From contig JAQVIJ010000003.1 of the NCBI GenBank assembly GCA_028695735.1, positions 306,246 to 370,245 on the forward strand: a DNA stretch of 64,000 nt, given 5' to 3'. Shown piece by piece: positions 18,670 through 29,788 of the stretch. This DNA is from Deltaproteobacteria bacterium (GTDB lineage Bacteria; Desulfobacterota; Dissulfuribacteria; Dissulfuribacterales; DYLC01). A program made the translations under genes and the position numbers. The notes beneath the pieces were generated by a model that was not told where the DNA came from, searched no databases, and saw only the letters and a program-made list of their open reading frames with translations. Each line of letters opens with the position of its first letter. Position 1 is the stretch's first letter.

Positions 18670-20079
18670 GTGTGGTTTATTCCTAAATTCGGTAAGGCGG
18701 GGCAGATGGGACTAAAACGGGTCATAGGCATATTCTTTGATCAATACCCCAATGAGCGTCTGGACCTGTTTCAGGCCTTTCCAGCCCTTAAACAGATTTT
18801 GCAGCGCAGGAAACTGCATGCCTCCATTCGCACCATAGGCGATGTGGTCTTTACCTTCATCATCCTTTCGGGCCTTTTCGGGCCTCAAGACCCTCACGAG
18901 AACATAGTCATCTTCCTTTCCTGGGGCCTCTGGTGGCCCAGCATGGTCTTGAGCTGGTTTTTTGTGGGCCGCATGTGGTGTGGTTTCTGTCCGTTTCCAG
19001 GTCTGGGCCGCGTTCTTCAGCGTTTGGGCTGGGTGCGATATAGGCCTGTTCCCCGCTGGCTTCAGAAATACGGCATTTACTGGGCTGTTTTTCTCTTTGC
19101 GGTCATCATCTGGCTGGAGGAAAGCATGGGCATCAAGGAGTCTCCCCGGGCCACGGCCCTATTGATTTTGGCCATTCTGGGAGGCGCCACATTCTTTTCC
19201 ATTCTGTATCCACTTCAGGCCTGGTGCCGCTATCTCTGCCCCATGGGCCGCATAACAGGTGTGGCCTCCACCATGTCCATGACGGAGTTCAGGCCTGACC
19301 ACAGTATCTGCAAGGGCTGTACATCCTTTGCCTGTAAGAGGGGCAGGGACGGACAGCGCGGCTGCCCTGTATATTTAGGCGCCTTCGGAGTCACCAACAA
19401 CCTGGATTGTCTCATCTGCGGCAGATGCGTCTCGTTGTGTGACAAAAATTCACCCCGCATAAATTTCAGAAGCCCCTTTGCCGAACTACTCATCAGTAAA
19501 GGCCGCTATATCACCTGTTCCTACATCATTCCCCTGCTTCTCGCATCACAGCTGGCCCGTTTCATGGATGCCGGTATTCTAAAGGCATTTGAACCAGCCG
19601 ATTACTCAACGGTATATCGAATGGCCATGTTTTCAGGCCTCTTGCTCTTTTGGTTTGTCATGACCGTGATGTTTTTAAAATTGGGCGCCAAGGTCTTTGG
19701 TACCACCGAGGACGAGCTGTTCGGCAGATTCTCTCCCATGGTGCCGGTGTTTGTGCCCACCGCCTTTGCCGGAGAGCTGGTCTGCCGTTTGAACTATGCC
19801 CTGCACGAGGCCCAGTTCTTTTTTCCAACCCTGGGCAGGCAATTCGGCCTTGACCTCTCTTCCTGGGAATTTCATGTGCCTTTTTGGATATATCCGCTGC
19901 TGGACCTGTTTTTGGTGATAAGCAGTGTGGCTGCAGGCCTGCATGTGCTGCACCGGCTGGTTTATGGAGACTTTTATGGGCTGGTAAGCCCTTTAAGGCA
20001 CAGGCTCTGTGAACTGCTGGTCTATGGCATGGGAGCCACCTATATCATTTTGCTGCCCTTCTGGTATGCGCCCATCTAA
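18670..20079 (+). CDS. polytopic membrane 4Fe-4S-binding protein (NapH/MauN-like)
   Basis: 469 aa. Multiple TM helices, CGFCPFPG, and ferredoxin-type CLICGRCVSLC. The start is uncertain (alternative M at 18712). Confidence 0.6.
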   Translation: MWFIPKFGKAGQMGLKRVIGIFFDQYPNERLDLFQAFPALKQILQRRKLHASIRTIGDVVFTFIILSGLFGPQDPHENIVIFLSWGLWWPSMVLSWFFVGRMWCGFCPFPGLGRVLQRLGWVRYRPVPRWLQKYGIYWAVFLFAVIIWLEESMGIKESPRATALLILAILGGATFFSILYPLQAWCRYLCPMGRITGVASTMSMTEFRPDHSICKGCTSFACKRGRDGQRGCPVYLGAFGVTNNLDCLICGRCVSLCDKNSPRINFRSPFAELLISKGRYITCSYIIPLLLASQLARFMDAGILKAFEPADYSTVYRMAMFSGLLLFWFVMTVMFLKLGAKVFGTTEDELFGRFSPMVPVFVPTAFAGELVCRLNYALHEAQFFFPTLGRQFGLDLSSWEFHVPFWIYPLLDLFLVISSVAAGLHVLHRLVYGDFYGLVSPLRHRLCELLVYGMGATYIILLPFWYAPI

Positions 20080-21224
20080 CTTCCCTGAGTATCCCTTTCA
20101 AACAGGGCGGCCACAAAATCCTTGGCATCAAAGGGCCGCAGGTCGTACATCTTTTCTCCGATGCCTATGAAACGAATGGGAAGCCTCATTTGATGGGCTA
20201 TGGCCGCCACTATGCCGCCCTTGGCAGTGCCGTCCAGCTTGGTAAGTATGATGCCGGTCAGGTCCGTGGCCTCTCGAAAGAGTTTGGCCTGAGACAGGGC
20301 GTTCTGGCCTGTGGTGGCGTCCAGCACAAGAAAGGTCTCGTGAGGGGCATCAGGTATCTTTTTGGCGATCACCCGGCGAATCTTCTTGAGCTCCTCCATG
20401 AGATTTGTCTTGGTGTGCAGCCTTCCAGCCGTATCTATGATGACCACATCCACCTTTCGTTTGATGCCTGCCTCTATGGCATCAAAGGCCACGGCGGAGG
20501 GGTCTGCACCGTGTTTGTGTTTGATCACAGGGGTGTTGAGGCGCTGACCCCAGGTATCTAACTGCTCTATGGCTGCGGCCCTGAAGGTATCGGCAGCCGC
20601 CAAAAGGCAGGTCTTGCCCTGTTCCTGCAGGAAATATGTGAGCTTGGCTATGGTGGTGGTCTTGCCCACACCGTTTACGCCCACCACCAGCACCACGCAG
20701 GGGTTCCCTTCCCAGGTAAGTGGAGGGGCATTCACATTCAAAAGTTCCAGGAGCTTGAATTGAATGCGCTCTCGCAGGGCGTCCACATCGTTTAGTTCCT
20801 TGCGTTTGACCTCTGCTCGAATCTGCTCAAAGATCTCGGAAGCGGTCTTGACGCCCACATCGGCAGTGACCAGAATCTCCTCCAGCTCATCCAGTATCTC
20901 TGGCGAGATCTCCTTTTTGCCCAGAAGCAGCTCGTCCATGCGTCTGACAAAGCCCTCTTTGCTTTTGGTGAGCTTTTGCTTTAGTCTTGCAAAGAAGCCT
21001 TCTGCTGGTGCGGTTTCCTCTTGAATGGCTGGTTCTGTTTCGTCCTCTTGAGGCTGTTGAGCTACTCTTTGCAAGGAATCAGCGGGTGAAAGGTCATCGG
21101 CCTTTTCAGGCTCCTCGGCTGTTTCTGCAAGTGTTGGGGCCTCAGCCTGGGCATCCTCTTGAAAAGAGGGAGACTGCGTCTCAATGGGTTCTCCCTTGAG
21201 TTTTTTCAATAATTTTTTAAACAT
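20076..21224 (-). CDS. ftsY: signal recognition particle receptor FtsY
   Basis: 382 aa. Acidic N-terminus and NG domain GVNGVGKTTTIAKL, DTAGR, TKLDG. Confidence 0.95.
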   Translation of the reverse strand: MFKKLLKKLKGEPIETQSPSFQEDAQAEAPTLAETAEEPEKADDLSPADSLQRVAQQPQEDETEPAIQEETAPAEGFFARLKQKLTKSKEGFVRRMDELLLGKKEISPEILDELEEILVTADVGVKTASEIFEQIRAEVKRKELNDVDALRERIQFKLLELLNVNAPPLTWEGNPCVVLVVGVNGVGKTTTIAKLTYFLQEQGKTCLLAAADTFRAAAIEQLDTWGQRLNTPVIKHKHGADPSAVAFDAIEAGIKRKVDVVIIDTAGRLHTKTNLMEELKKIRRVIAKKIPDAPHETFLVLDATTGQNALSQAKLFREATDLTGIILTKLDGTAKGGIVAAIAHQMRLPIRFIGIGEKMYDLRPFDAKDFVAALFERDTQGS

Positions 21225-21241
21225 GGTTACTCCTTACACAT

Positions 21242-22201
21242 TTATACCATCACGGTCACTGAATTGTCCAGAAAGTCAGGGTAATACTCCTCTTGTAGTG
21301 GTTCATAGGGCTGCATCCAGCCATTTTCCAGGCCGCATACCTCTGCAAATCTTATAACCTCTTCATATTCCTCTTGCAAAAGATACCTGCCAAGCGTTTC
21401 ATCTCCTTTGGCTCGAAAGGCCGGAAAATACTGAGACATGAGACTGATATGCACATTTGTGCCGTGGCAGAGTGCTATGCGCTTCAATATGGCCTTGGAG
21501 TCCTGGGCACAACCAGGCAAAACCAGGTGTCGAATGATTATACCCCGTCTTGCAATGCCAGAGGAGTCCAGCACCAGTTCAGTGCCCACCTGTCGTATCA
21601 TCTCGGCTATGGCGGCCTGATTGATTGCTGAATAATTTGGTGCCCTTGAAAACTGTAGGCCATACTTGCTGTTTTCATATTTGGCATCTGGCAGATAGAT
21701 ATCCACGATACCCTCTAAGAGTTTCAGGGTGTCTGGCAATTCATAGCCGCCTGAGTTCATCACAATGGGCAGGTTCAGGCCGTTACGCACACACCTTGCC
21801 AGGGCCAGAAGGGTCTGAGGCAGAAAATGGGTGACAGAGACCCATTCGATGTTGTGGCAGCCCTTTTGTGCCAGGTCCCACATGAGCTGCGCCAGCTCCT
21901 CTATACTGACCTCCTTGCCGTAGTGGAGGTGGCTGATCTGATAGTTCTGGCAATAGATGCAGGACATGTGGCAGTGGGAAAAGAAGATGGTTCCAGCCCC
22001 TTTTTGGCCCGAAAGCGGTGGCTCTTCGCCCATGTGCGGCACACCCCTGGCCACCTTTGCCACGGCCCCGGCCCTGCAAAACCCTACTTCGCCCTTCAGC
22101 CTGTTTACACCACACCTTCGAGGGCACAACCTGCACTCCTTCAGGCCGTCATAGAGCAGGTGGCCGATTTTCTCAATCTCCTGCCAGGTCTTTTGAGGCA
22201 T
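21242..22201 (-). CDS. radical SAM protein (PflX-like activating-enzyme family)
   Basis: 319 aa. CxxxCxxC motif CHMSCIYCQN. Confidence 0.7.
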   Translation of the reverse strand: MPQKTWQEIEKIGHLLYDGLKECRLCPRRCGVNRLKGEVGFCRAGAVAKVARGVPHMGEEPPLSGQKGAGTIFFSHCHMSCIYCQNYQISHLHYGKEVSIEELAQLMWDLAQKGCHNIEWVSVTHFLPQTLLALARCVRNGLNLPIVMNSGGYELPDTLKLLEGIVDIYLPDAKYENSKYGLQFSRAPNYSAINQAAIAEMIRQVGTELVLDSSGIARRGIIIRHLVLPGCAQDSKAILKRIALCHGTNVHISLMSQYFPAFRAKGDETLGRYLLQEEYEEVIRFAEVCGLENGWMQPYEPLQEEYYPDFLDNSVTVMV

Positions 22202-22202
22202 A

Positions 22203-23504
22203 TCAGCGGTGCATCGCCTTTCTCTGGGCCTGAATGCGGCGCCACTTCTCGAGGCGTTCCTTTATCACCAGCTCATGGCCTCGTGCCGTGGGACGATAGT
22301 AGATACGCTCCCGCAGTTCTCGCGGCAGGTGATCCTGCGTGACCACAGCATCTTCCATGTCATGGGCATATTGATAGCCTTCTCCATACCCTAATTCCTT
22401 CATGAGCCGTGTGGGTGCGTTTCTCAGATGCAGAGGAACGGCCAGCGCCCCGAATCTTTTGGCATCAGCCATGGCCTCTCCAAAGGCTGCATATACCGCA
22501 TTGCTCTTGGGCGCCGTGGCCAGATAGACGGCTACCTGCGCCAGGGCCAGCTCTCCTTCGGGTGAGCCCAGAAAATCAAAGGCCTGAAGCCCAGAGATGG
22601 CCAGTGTCAAGGCATTGGGGTCTGCATTGCCGATATCCTCGGATGCAAAACGGATCATGCGCCTTGCGATGTAGTGGGGGTCCTCGCCGGAGGCCAGCAT
22701 TCGGGCCAGCCAGTAAAGGGCTGCATCAGGGTCGCTTCCTCGCAGGCTTTTGTGCAGGGCGGAGATGAGATTATAGTGCTCTTCGCCAGACTTGTCGTAG
22801 CGAAGGGCCTTTTGTTGCATGGCCTCCTTCAGCAGTTCCATGCCTATCTCTTTTGTATTTCCGGAGAGTGCAAGTTCCGCTGCCACCTCCAGGCTGTTTA
22901 GGAGGTGACGGGCGTCTCCATCCGATGCTGCCACCAAGTATCCTGCTGCCTGTGAAGTGATGGTGAGCCCCAGCTTTCCAAGCCCGCGTTCAGTGTCGGT
23001 CAGCGCCCTGTCTAAAAGTATGTGCAGGTCAGCTGGCTCCATGGGCTGAAGCGTCAGCACACGGCACCTGGAAAGGAGAGGGGCTATGACCTCAAAGGAC
23101 GGATTTTCGGTGGTGGCGCCTATGAGGGTGATGAGACCGCTTTCCACATGGGGCAAAAAGGCATCCTGCTGGGCCTTGTTGAAACGGTGTATCTCATCCA
23201 CGAAAAGGGTGGTTCCAATGCCTTTTCCCGCCCTTTCCCTGGCCTCTTCAACTATGGAACGCAGTTCCTTGACACCGGACAGGACAGCGGAAAATGCAAC
23301 AAAATGCATACCTGCGACACTTGACAACAGTCTGGCCAGAGTGGTTTTGCCGCAGCCGGGCGGACCCCACAGGATCATGGACGGCAGTTTGCCGCGTTCC
23401 AGCAGGCCTGTCAGCAGTTTGCCTGGGCCTATGAGGTGTCTCTGCCCAAGAAATTCATCGATGTGTCGCGGCCTCATGCGTTCCGCCAGAGGTGAATTGT
23501 GCAT
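22203..23504 (-). CDS. rarA: replication-associated recombination protein A (MgsA/RarA)
   Basis: 433 aa. Walker A GPPGCGKTTLARL, FVDEIHRFNK, and the C-terminal MgsA domain. Confidence 0.9.
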   Translation of the reverse strand: MHNSPLAERMRPRHIDEFLGQRHLIGPGKLLTGLLERGKLPSMILWGPPGCGKTTLARLLSSVAGMHFVAFSAVLSGVKELRSIVEEARERAGKGIGTTLFVDEIHRFNKAQQDAFLPHVESGLITLIGATTENPSFEVIAPLLSRCRVLTLQPMEPADLHILLDRALTDTERGLGKLGLTITSQAAGYLVAASDGDARHLLNSLEVAAELALSGNTKEIGMELLKEAMQQKALRYDKSGEEHYNLISALHKSLRGSDPDAALYWLARMLASGEDPHYIARRMIRFASEDIGNADPNALTLAISGLQAFDFLGSPEGELALAQVAVYLATAPKSNAVYAAFGEAMADAKRFGALAVPLHLRNAPTRLMKELGYGEGYQYAHDMEDAVVTQDHLPRELRERIYYRPTARGHELVIKERLEKWRRIQAQRKAMHR

Positions 23505-23591
23505 AATCTAATCCTTGATTTACAAAGGTGTTGTCTGTATTTTAACTAAGAGAATCCATAATTCAATTTAAGGGCATATAGAGTAACTGCA

Positions 23592-24440
23592 ATGACCCAA
23601 GAGCAATCAAATGTTTCCATACCTATTGGAATACAGACTGCCATAAAAAATATCAAGCCCATTTCCCCTTATGTGCTGGAAATGGTGACCAATACCTCCC
23701 TTGAGGACCTCTCTCTGCTGGACCTGGCCAGAAAACTCAGCTTCGAGCCTGTGCTGTCCGCAAGGATACTCGATGCCACAAAGGCCGCAGCATACGGTCT
23801 TTCAAAGGAGGTGGAGTCCGTGTTTCAGGCGGTCTCCATTCTGGGCGGCAGAAGGGTGCTGGACATCATCGTTGCGTCGTCCCTGCAGGATTCCTTTGGC
23901 AAAAGCTTTTTGACGGTTGAATATGACATCTGGGAGCACAGTCTTCTGGTGGCATACGCCATGCAGGGTATGCTTCGAGAACTGGACATGTTCATCACAC
24001 CCTTGGCCCGCGGTTTTACCACGGGTCTTATGCACGACATCGGCAAGCTGGTGTTGCTGCAATATCTGAAAAACGAAAAAAGGGACGCTGAGCTGGCCGA
24101 GTTTTCAAAGTATGCCGTAAGCGGCGGGGATAAGGCCATTGATGCGGAACGCATTCTGTTCAGGGTAACCCACATGGATATAGGCGCATATCTGGCCAAA
24201 AGCTGGTCTATGCCTGAAGAGATGGTGACTGCCATAGCAAATCACCACATGAAAGACAAAAGGCGGTTTCCAAACGGCCTTACCAGGCTCCTGGTATGGG
24301 CGCATACGCTTGTGGACAAAAATCTCACGCCGGATCAGAAGAGAAGCATGCTTCCGTTTTCAATCATCGACAAACAGGAAGAGCTGCTGGCCTCCATTCA
24401 GAGGGAGGTGGACAACATCATCTTCTTTTTTGAAAAATAG
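23592..24440 (+). CDS. HDOD domain signalling protein
   Basis: 282 aa. GLMHDIGKLVL and ANHH motifs. Confidence 0.8.
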   Translation: MTQEQSNVSIPIGIQTAIKNIKPISPYVLEMVTNTSLEDLSLLDLARKLSFEPVLSARILDATKAAAYGLSKEVESVFQAVSILGGRRVLDIIVASSLQDSFGKSFLTVEYDIWEHSLLVAYAMQGMLRELDMFITPLARGFTTGLMHDIGKLVLLQYLKNEKRDAELAEFSKYAVSGGDKAIDAERILFRVTHMDIGAYLAKSWSMPEEMVTAIANHHMKDKRRFPNGLTRLLVWAHTLVDKNLTPDQKRSMLPFSIIDKQEELLASIQREVDNIIFFFEK

Positions 24441-24446
24441 CTATCT

Positions 24447-24765
<319 letters not shown>

Positions 24766-24789
24766 CAGCTTTTGCCGGAACCATGGGTG

Positions 24790-24924
24790 TGCCAGATCAC
24801 GCCTGCGCGCCGGTCGGTGTCCATCGGGGCCTATGTCCTCCTCGCGTTCGATGGTGTAATCAAGAGCGCGCAGCTGATTCAGCAGCGCAGTTTCGATTTC
24901 GGCCTCCGATAGAAACGCTATTAT
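24790..24924 (-). pseudogene. hsdR: hsdR N-terminal fragment (type I restriction R subunit)
   Basis: The translation AFLSEAEIETALLNQLRALDYTIEREEDIGPDG resembles HsdR N-termini. The SD TAAGGAGA is followed by ATA where a start codon is expected. The reading frame runs into a REP after about 45 codons. Confidence 0.6.
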
Positions 24925-24932
24925 GGTTCTCC

Positions 24933-25525
24933 TTATGGGCGGGCATTGAGCGGATTTTCTTGATCCAGCGCCCATTGCAGCGGATTGTTTACGATATATT
25001 CGCGAATGCTATCCAAATCTTGCCCATCGCGAATGATGTGTTCGTAATAGTTGCGCTGCCATAATCTGCCTGCAAATGGCGACCAGCCTGATTGTTTCAC
25101 GCCGTTGGCATACCGTTTCGTGGTCATCGTTTTGAATCGATGAACCACATCAGGCAATGACAATGTAGGGGCAACCCCCTGTGGTTGCCCCGAATATGGG
25201 CGGTCATCGCTATCTGGGCGGCCACGGGGGGCCGCCCCTACCAGCCTTTGGGGGGCCGCCCCTACGATGACGATGATTCCGTGTACATGATTGGGCATGA
25301 CCACAAATTCGTCGGTGGCGACACCAGGATAAAACGTCGGCAGGTCATTCCATACCGATTCAATCATTCGCCCCGCGTCATTCAGTCGTATGTCCCCGTC
25401 CACCACATCACCCAACAAACAGGCGCGACCCTGCGTGCAGATCGTCACGAAATACGCACCAGCCTGCGCATAATCGTATCCTTTTAAGCGGATGCTGCGC
25501 CGAGGGTGAATGTTGGCCAGCAAGA

Positions 25526-25529
<4 letters not shown>
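24933..25529 (-). CDS. REP-associated tyrosine transposase (RAYT, IS200/Y1 HUH family)
   Basis: 198 aa. HUH motif NHVHGII and C-terminal WQRNYYEHIIRD, typical of orphan Y1 transposases. The middle contains an in-frame REP cluster. Confidence 0.8.
25153..25265. repeat. REP cluster inside the RAYT ORF
   Basis: Hairpins at 25165..25191 and 25216..25241, plus a partial one at 25250..25265. I counted 3 mismatches over about 90 bp against the intergenic cluster 15814..15902. Confidence 0.85.
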
Positions 25530-26122
<593 letters not shown>

Positions 26123-26130
26123 TGCCTGCC

Positions 26131-26193
26131 CGCGGCTTTGAAGAGCTCGGCTTCGAAACCGAGATTGCCGCCGTTGGTGTCTTGATAGGGCCG
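26131..26193 (-). pseudogene. hsdM: hsdM N-terminal fragment (about 21 codons)
   Basis: An alternative frame reads TNGGNLGFEAELFKAA, matching the usual HsdM N-terminus (..LGFE..LW.AADKLRG), and then runs straight into a half REP. Confidence 0.5.
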
Positions 26194-26227
26194 TTATTTG
26201 CCATTGACGTTACGTCCTTTTACATTC

Positions 26228-26263
26228 AAATAACAGTCCGGTCATCCATCAGGCCTGTTATTT
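26228..26263 (-). terminator. candidate hairpin terminator after the pnp-NMO transcription unit
   Basis: AAATAACAG..CTGTTATTT, a 9-bp stem with a 17-18-nt loop, starting 3 nt after the NMO stop. The stem is AT-rich and the U-tract short, so it is weak. Confidence 0.3.
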
Positions 26264-26265
26264 AC

Positions 26266-27378
26266 TCACTTCTCAGCCTCTCTATACTGATCCACCAGTT
26301 CCTGTATCAGCTCATGGACATGCACGATCTTGTCCACTCGCCAGACATTTGAACCACAGAACACAAAACCTGCGTCTATATTCCCGCGTTGTGCATTTAT
26401 GAGGGCGGTGCTGATGCAATAGGGCGCTGTTTTATAGTCACATGGAGCGAGACATTTGTTGGGGCACTTGAAAGGCCTTTTTTTGCCTTCAGCCATCATC
26501 TCGATGAATTTGCCCTTTATGGCCCTTCCCGGCAGCCCTACAGGGCTCTTGATGATAGTGATGTCCTCCTTTTTGGCCTGGAGATACGCCTCCTTGAAGG
26601 CGTCGGAGGCATCACACTCGTATGTGGCCACGAAGCGGGTGGCCATCTGAACGCCTGCTGCACCGATATCATGAATGAAATGATAAATGTCCGCCCCTGT
26701 ATATACACCGCCTGCCGCCACTACTGGTATTGGTTTACCTGCAGGGGTTTTATATGGTTTGACTGCCTCTATGACGCCCTTTACCAGGTTTTCCAGCCGG
26801 TTTTCAGGGGCATTCAGCTCTTCCTTTTTGAAAGCCAGATGCCCTCCGGCCTCTGGGCCTTCCACTACGATGAGGTCAGGGAGTCTGCCGTAGTGATCCT
26901 GCCATCTGCGGCAGATGAGCTGCGCAGCCCTTCCCGAGGAAACGATCGGGGCCAATTTGGTGGAAACGCCCTGAGGCAGAAGCCCAGGCAGCTTGAGGGG
27001 CAGTCCTGCACCGCTGATTATGAGGTCAGCACCTGCATTGGCAGCGATGCGCACCAGTTCATCATAATCCTGAAGGGCCACCATGATATTTACGCCTATG
27101 ACACCGCCAGGCGCCTGTTTTTTGGCAAGGGCTATCTGCTTTGCCAGGGCGGTGCGGGTTGCGCCCATGGGGTCCTGCTGCCAATGGGGTTCTGTGATGC
27201 CTATCATGACAGCGGCTATAACCCCGATACCTCCGGAACGGGCCACGGCGGACGCCAGTCCTGCCATGGAGATACCTATGCCCATGCCGCCTTGTATTAT
27301 GGGAATCGGCACGGAGAGATCGCCGATTTCAAGGGGCGGCATGGTATTGTTTTGAATAGTTATGGTCTTCTCATCCAT
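26266..27378 (-). CDS. nitronate monooxygenase / FabK-like FMN oxidoreductase
   Basis: 370 aa. IIQGGMGIGISMAGLASAVARSGGIGVIA. Confidence 0.8.
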   Translation of the reverse strand: MDEKTITIQNNTMPPLEIGDLSVPIPIIQGGMGIGISMAGLASAVARSGGIGVIAAVMIGITEPHWQQDPMGATRTALAKQIALAKKQAPGGVIGVNIMVALQDYDELVRIAANAGADLIISGAGLPLKLPGLLPQGVSTKLAPIVSSGRAAQLICRRWQDHYGRLPDLIVVEGPEAGGHLAFKKEELNAPENRLENLVKGVIEAVKPYKTPAGKPIPVVAAGGVYTGADIYHFIHDIGAAGVQMATRFVATYECDASDAFKEAYLQAKKEDITIIKSPVGLPGRAIKGKFIEMMAEGKKRPFKCPNKCLAPCDYKTAPYCISTALINAQRGNIDAGFVFCGSNVWRVDKIVHVHELIQELVDQYREAEK

Positions 27379-27381
27379 ATT

Positions 27382-29490
27382 TTATTGATTTTCTTCCAGT
27401 AATACCTTACGGCTCAGTTTGATCTTTCCTTGTTTGTCGATCTCTATCACCTTGACGCGCACGCTGTCTCCTTCCTTCAGGTAATCCTGCACGGAATTGA
27501 CCCGTTTGGTATCGATCTGCGAGATATGCAGAAGGCCGTCGGTACCGGGCATGATCTCAACGAAGGCCCCGAAGTCCATGATCTTCTTCACCACACCGTC
27601 ATAGATTACACCGACTTCAGGTTCAGCGGTAAGCTGTTTGATCATCTGTATGGCCTTCTGTGCGGAATCTCCGGATGATGCAAAGACCTTGACCTTGCCT
27701 GCATTGTCCACGTCCACCTTGGCGCCTGATGCAGCCACCACCGCCTTGATGTTCTTGCCGCCAGGGCCTATGAGGTCCTTTATCTTTTCCGGATTGATCT
27801 GTATGGAAAAGACCTTGGGGGCATATTGACTCAACTCGGCCTTGGGGGTCGAGATGACCTCTTTCATTTTACCGAGAATGAATTGACGGCCTTCTCTGGC
27901 CTGAAGCATGGCCTTTTTCATTATTTCAGGTGTGAGACCGGATATTTTGATGTCCATCTGAATGGATGTAACGCCCTCATGAGTGCCCACTACCTTGAAG
28001 TCCATGTCCCCGAGATGATCCTCGTCTCCAAGGATATCGGAAAGGATTACCACCTCGTCGCCTTCTTTTATGAGCCCCATGGCCACGCCGGCCACCATAT
28101 CGCGAATGGGCACGCCTGCGTCCATGAGGGCCAGAGTAGCGCCGCATACGGTTGCCATGGAGGAGGAGCCGTTGGATTCCATGACCTCGGATACAACGCG
28201 AATGGTATAGACAAAGTCCTCAGGAGGGGGAATGACTGCGGCTATGCCGCGCTCCGCCAGTGCGCCGTGTCCGATATCGCGTCTGGCAGGACCCCTGAGG
28301 GGTCTGACCTCGCCCACACAGAACGGAGGGAAATTATAATGCAGCATGAAGTGCTTGAAAAACTCGCCTCCGATGGCATCAATGCGCTGTTCATCGTCGG
28401 CGCTGCCCAGTGTGGCCACAGCCAGCACCTGTGTCTCTCCACGCGTGAAGACCGCTGATCCATGAGTGCGAGGCAGTTCTCCGATGGAACATGAAATAGG
28501 CCGTATCTCGTCGAATTTCCTGGCGTCTATGCGGCGTTTCTCATTGACTATCATGGAACGCATCATGTTTTTTTCCATCTCTTTGAGGGCGGTTTTGAAG
28601 ACCTTTTCATAACCGGTCAGCTCAGTTGCAAATCTGGCGAGGAACTCCTGTTCAATGGCGTCCTTCAGTTTGCCGCGCTGCTGTTTGTCTGGAGTGGTGA
28701 TGACCTGGCGCATGGCGGATTCGTATTCATTCAGGGCCGTTTGAAGTGGCTCCGGCAGTTCCTTTTCAGGGGCAAGATCGAACTTGGGTTTGCCAAGCTC
28801 TCTGGCCAGCTCTTCCTGAAGGGCTATCAGGGGCTGCATCTCCCTGTGTGCAAAGAAGATGGCCTCCAATATGTCTTCCTCAGGCAGAACAGCCGCTCCG
28901 CCCTCCACCATCACCACTGCATCCCTGCTGCCAGCTACGATGATATTCAATTCTGATTCCACAAGCTGGGTCTTTGTGGGGTTTATGACCAGCTGACCGT
29001 TCACCTTGCCCACACGAACGCCTGCAATAGGCCCGTTGAAGGGGATATCCGAGATGGAAAGGGCCGCCGAGGCCCCTGTTATGGCCAGGACATCAGGGTC
29101 TATCTCAGGGTCTATGGAAAGGACGGTGGCGATGATCTGCGTGTCGTGGTGATAGTTCGCCGGAAACAGGGGCCGAATGGGCCTGTCTATGCAGCGGGAG
29201 GTCAGTACCTCCTTTTCGCTCGGCCTGCCTATCTCTCTGCGGAAGTAACTGCCGGGTATCTTGCCTGCTGCATAAAACATCTCCTGATAGTCCACCATGA
29301 GCGGCAGAAAATCCATGTCTTCCCTGGGCTGTTTGGAGGCGACAGCAGTTACAACGACCACTGTATCCCCGGCCCGTACGATTACCGATCCATTTGCCTG
29401 TTTGGCTATCCGGCCTGTTTCCAGGACAATCGTCTGTCCTCCCAGCATCGCCTCTTTTCGAGTCATTTCCGTTACTCCATTCATTTGCAT
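27382..29490 (-). CDS. pnp: polyribonucleotide nucleotidyltransferase (PNPase)
   Basis: 702 aa. Two RNase PH domains, GDEDHLGDMDFKV, and KH plus S1 at the C-terminus. The true start may be M9 at 29466 (GGAG 9 nt upstream). Confidence 0.95.
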   Translation of the reverse strand: MQMNGVTEMTRKEAMLGGQTIVLETGRIAKQANGSVIVRAGDTVVVVTAVASKQPREDMDFLPLMVDYQEMFYAAGKIPGSYFRREIGRPSEKEVLTSRCIDRPIRPLFPANYHHDTQIIATVLSIDPEIDPDVLAITGASAALSISDIPFNGPIAGVRVGKVNGQLVINPTKTQLVESELNIIVAGSRDAVVMVEGGAAVLPEEDILEAIFFAHREMQPLIALQEELARELGKPKFDLAPEKELPEPLQTALNEYESAMRQVITTPDKQQRGKLKDAIEQEFLARFATELTGYEKVFKTALKEMEKNMMRSMIVNEKRRIDARKFDEIRPISCSIGELPRTHGSAVFTRGETQVLAVATLGSADDEQRIDAIGGEFFKHFMLHYNFPPFCVGEVRPLRGPARRDIGHGALAERGIAAVIPPPEDFVYTIRVVSEVMESNGSSSMATVCGATLALMDAGVPIRDMVAGVAMGLIKEGDEVVILSDILGDEDHLGDMDFKVVGTHEGVTSIQMDIKISGLTPEIMKKAMLQAREGRQFILGKMKEVISTPKAELSQYAPKVFSIQINPEKIKDLIGPGGKNIKAVVAASGAKVDVDNAGKVKVFASSGDSAQKAIQMIKQLTAEPEVGVIYDGVVKKIMDFGAFVEIMPGTDGLLHISQIDTKRVNSVQDYLKEGDSVRVKVIEIDKQGKIKLSRKVLLEENQ

Positions 29491-29493
29491 AGA

Positions 29494-29763
29494 TTATTTA
29501 CGCAGGCCCAATTCAGAGATAAGGGTTCTGTATCTGTCCATATCCTTGTTTCTGAGGTAGTCGAGCAGACTCTTTCTCTGCCCGACCAGCTTGAGCAGAC
29601 CTCTTCTGGAGCTGTGGTCCTTTTTGTGGGACTTAAAGTGCTCATTCAGACTGTTGATGCGGGCTGTCAAAAGCGCGACCTGCACCTCAGGCGAACCTGT
29701 GTCTGCATCGCTGCGTTTGTATTTCCCGATGAGTTCCTTTTTGAGTTCTGGTTGTAATGACAC
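29494..29763 (-). CDS. rpsO: 30S ribosomal protein S15
   Basis: 89 aa. [29 protein letters not shown]. Confidence 0.95.
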   Translation of the reverse strand: MSLQPELKKELIGKYKRSDADTGSPEVQVALLTARINSLNEHFKSHKKDHSSRRGLLKLVGQRKSLLDYLRNKDMDRYRTLISELGLRK

Positions 29764-29788
29764 CTTGGTAAACCTCCTTTATTGTTTT

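Noticed and set aside
26389-27402. Long antisense ORFs opposite real genes: 26389..27402, 5033..6127, 1905..2651, 61376..62146, 9577..10380, 8638..9507, 31581..32195
   Set aside because: Each lies entirely within a gene on the other strand that has clear family motifs. Their translations are low-complexity or motif-free. This is the mirror-frame openness expected from codon bias, not evidence of overlapping genes.
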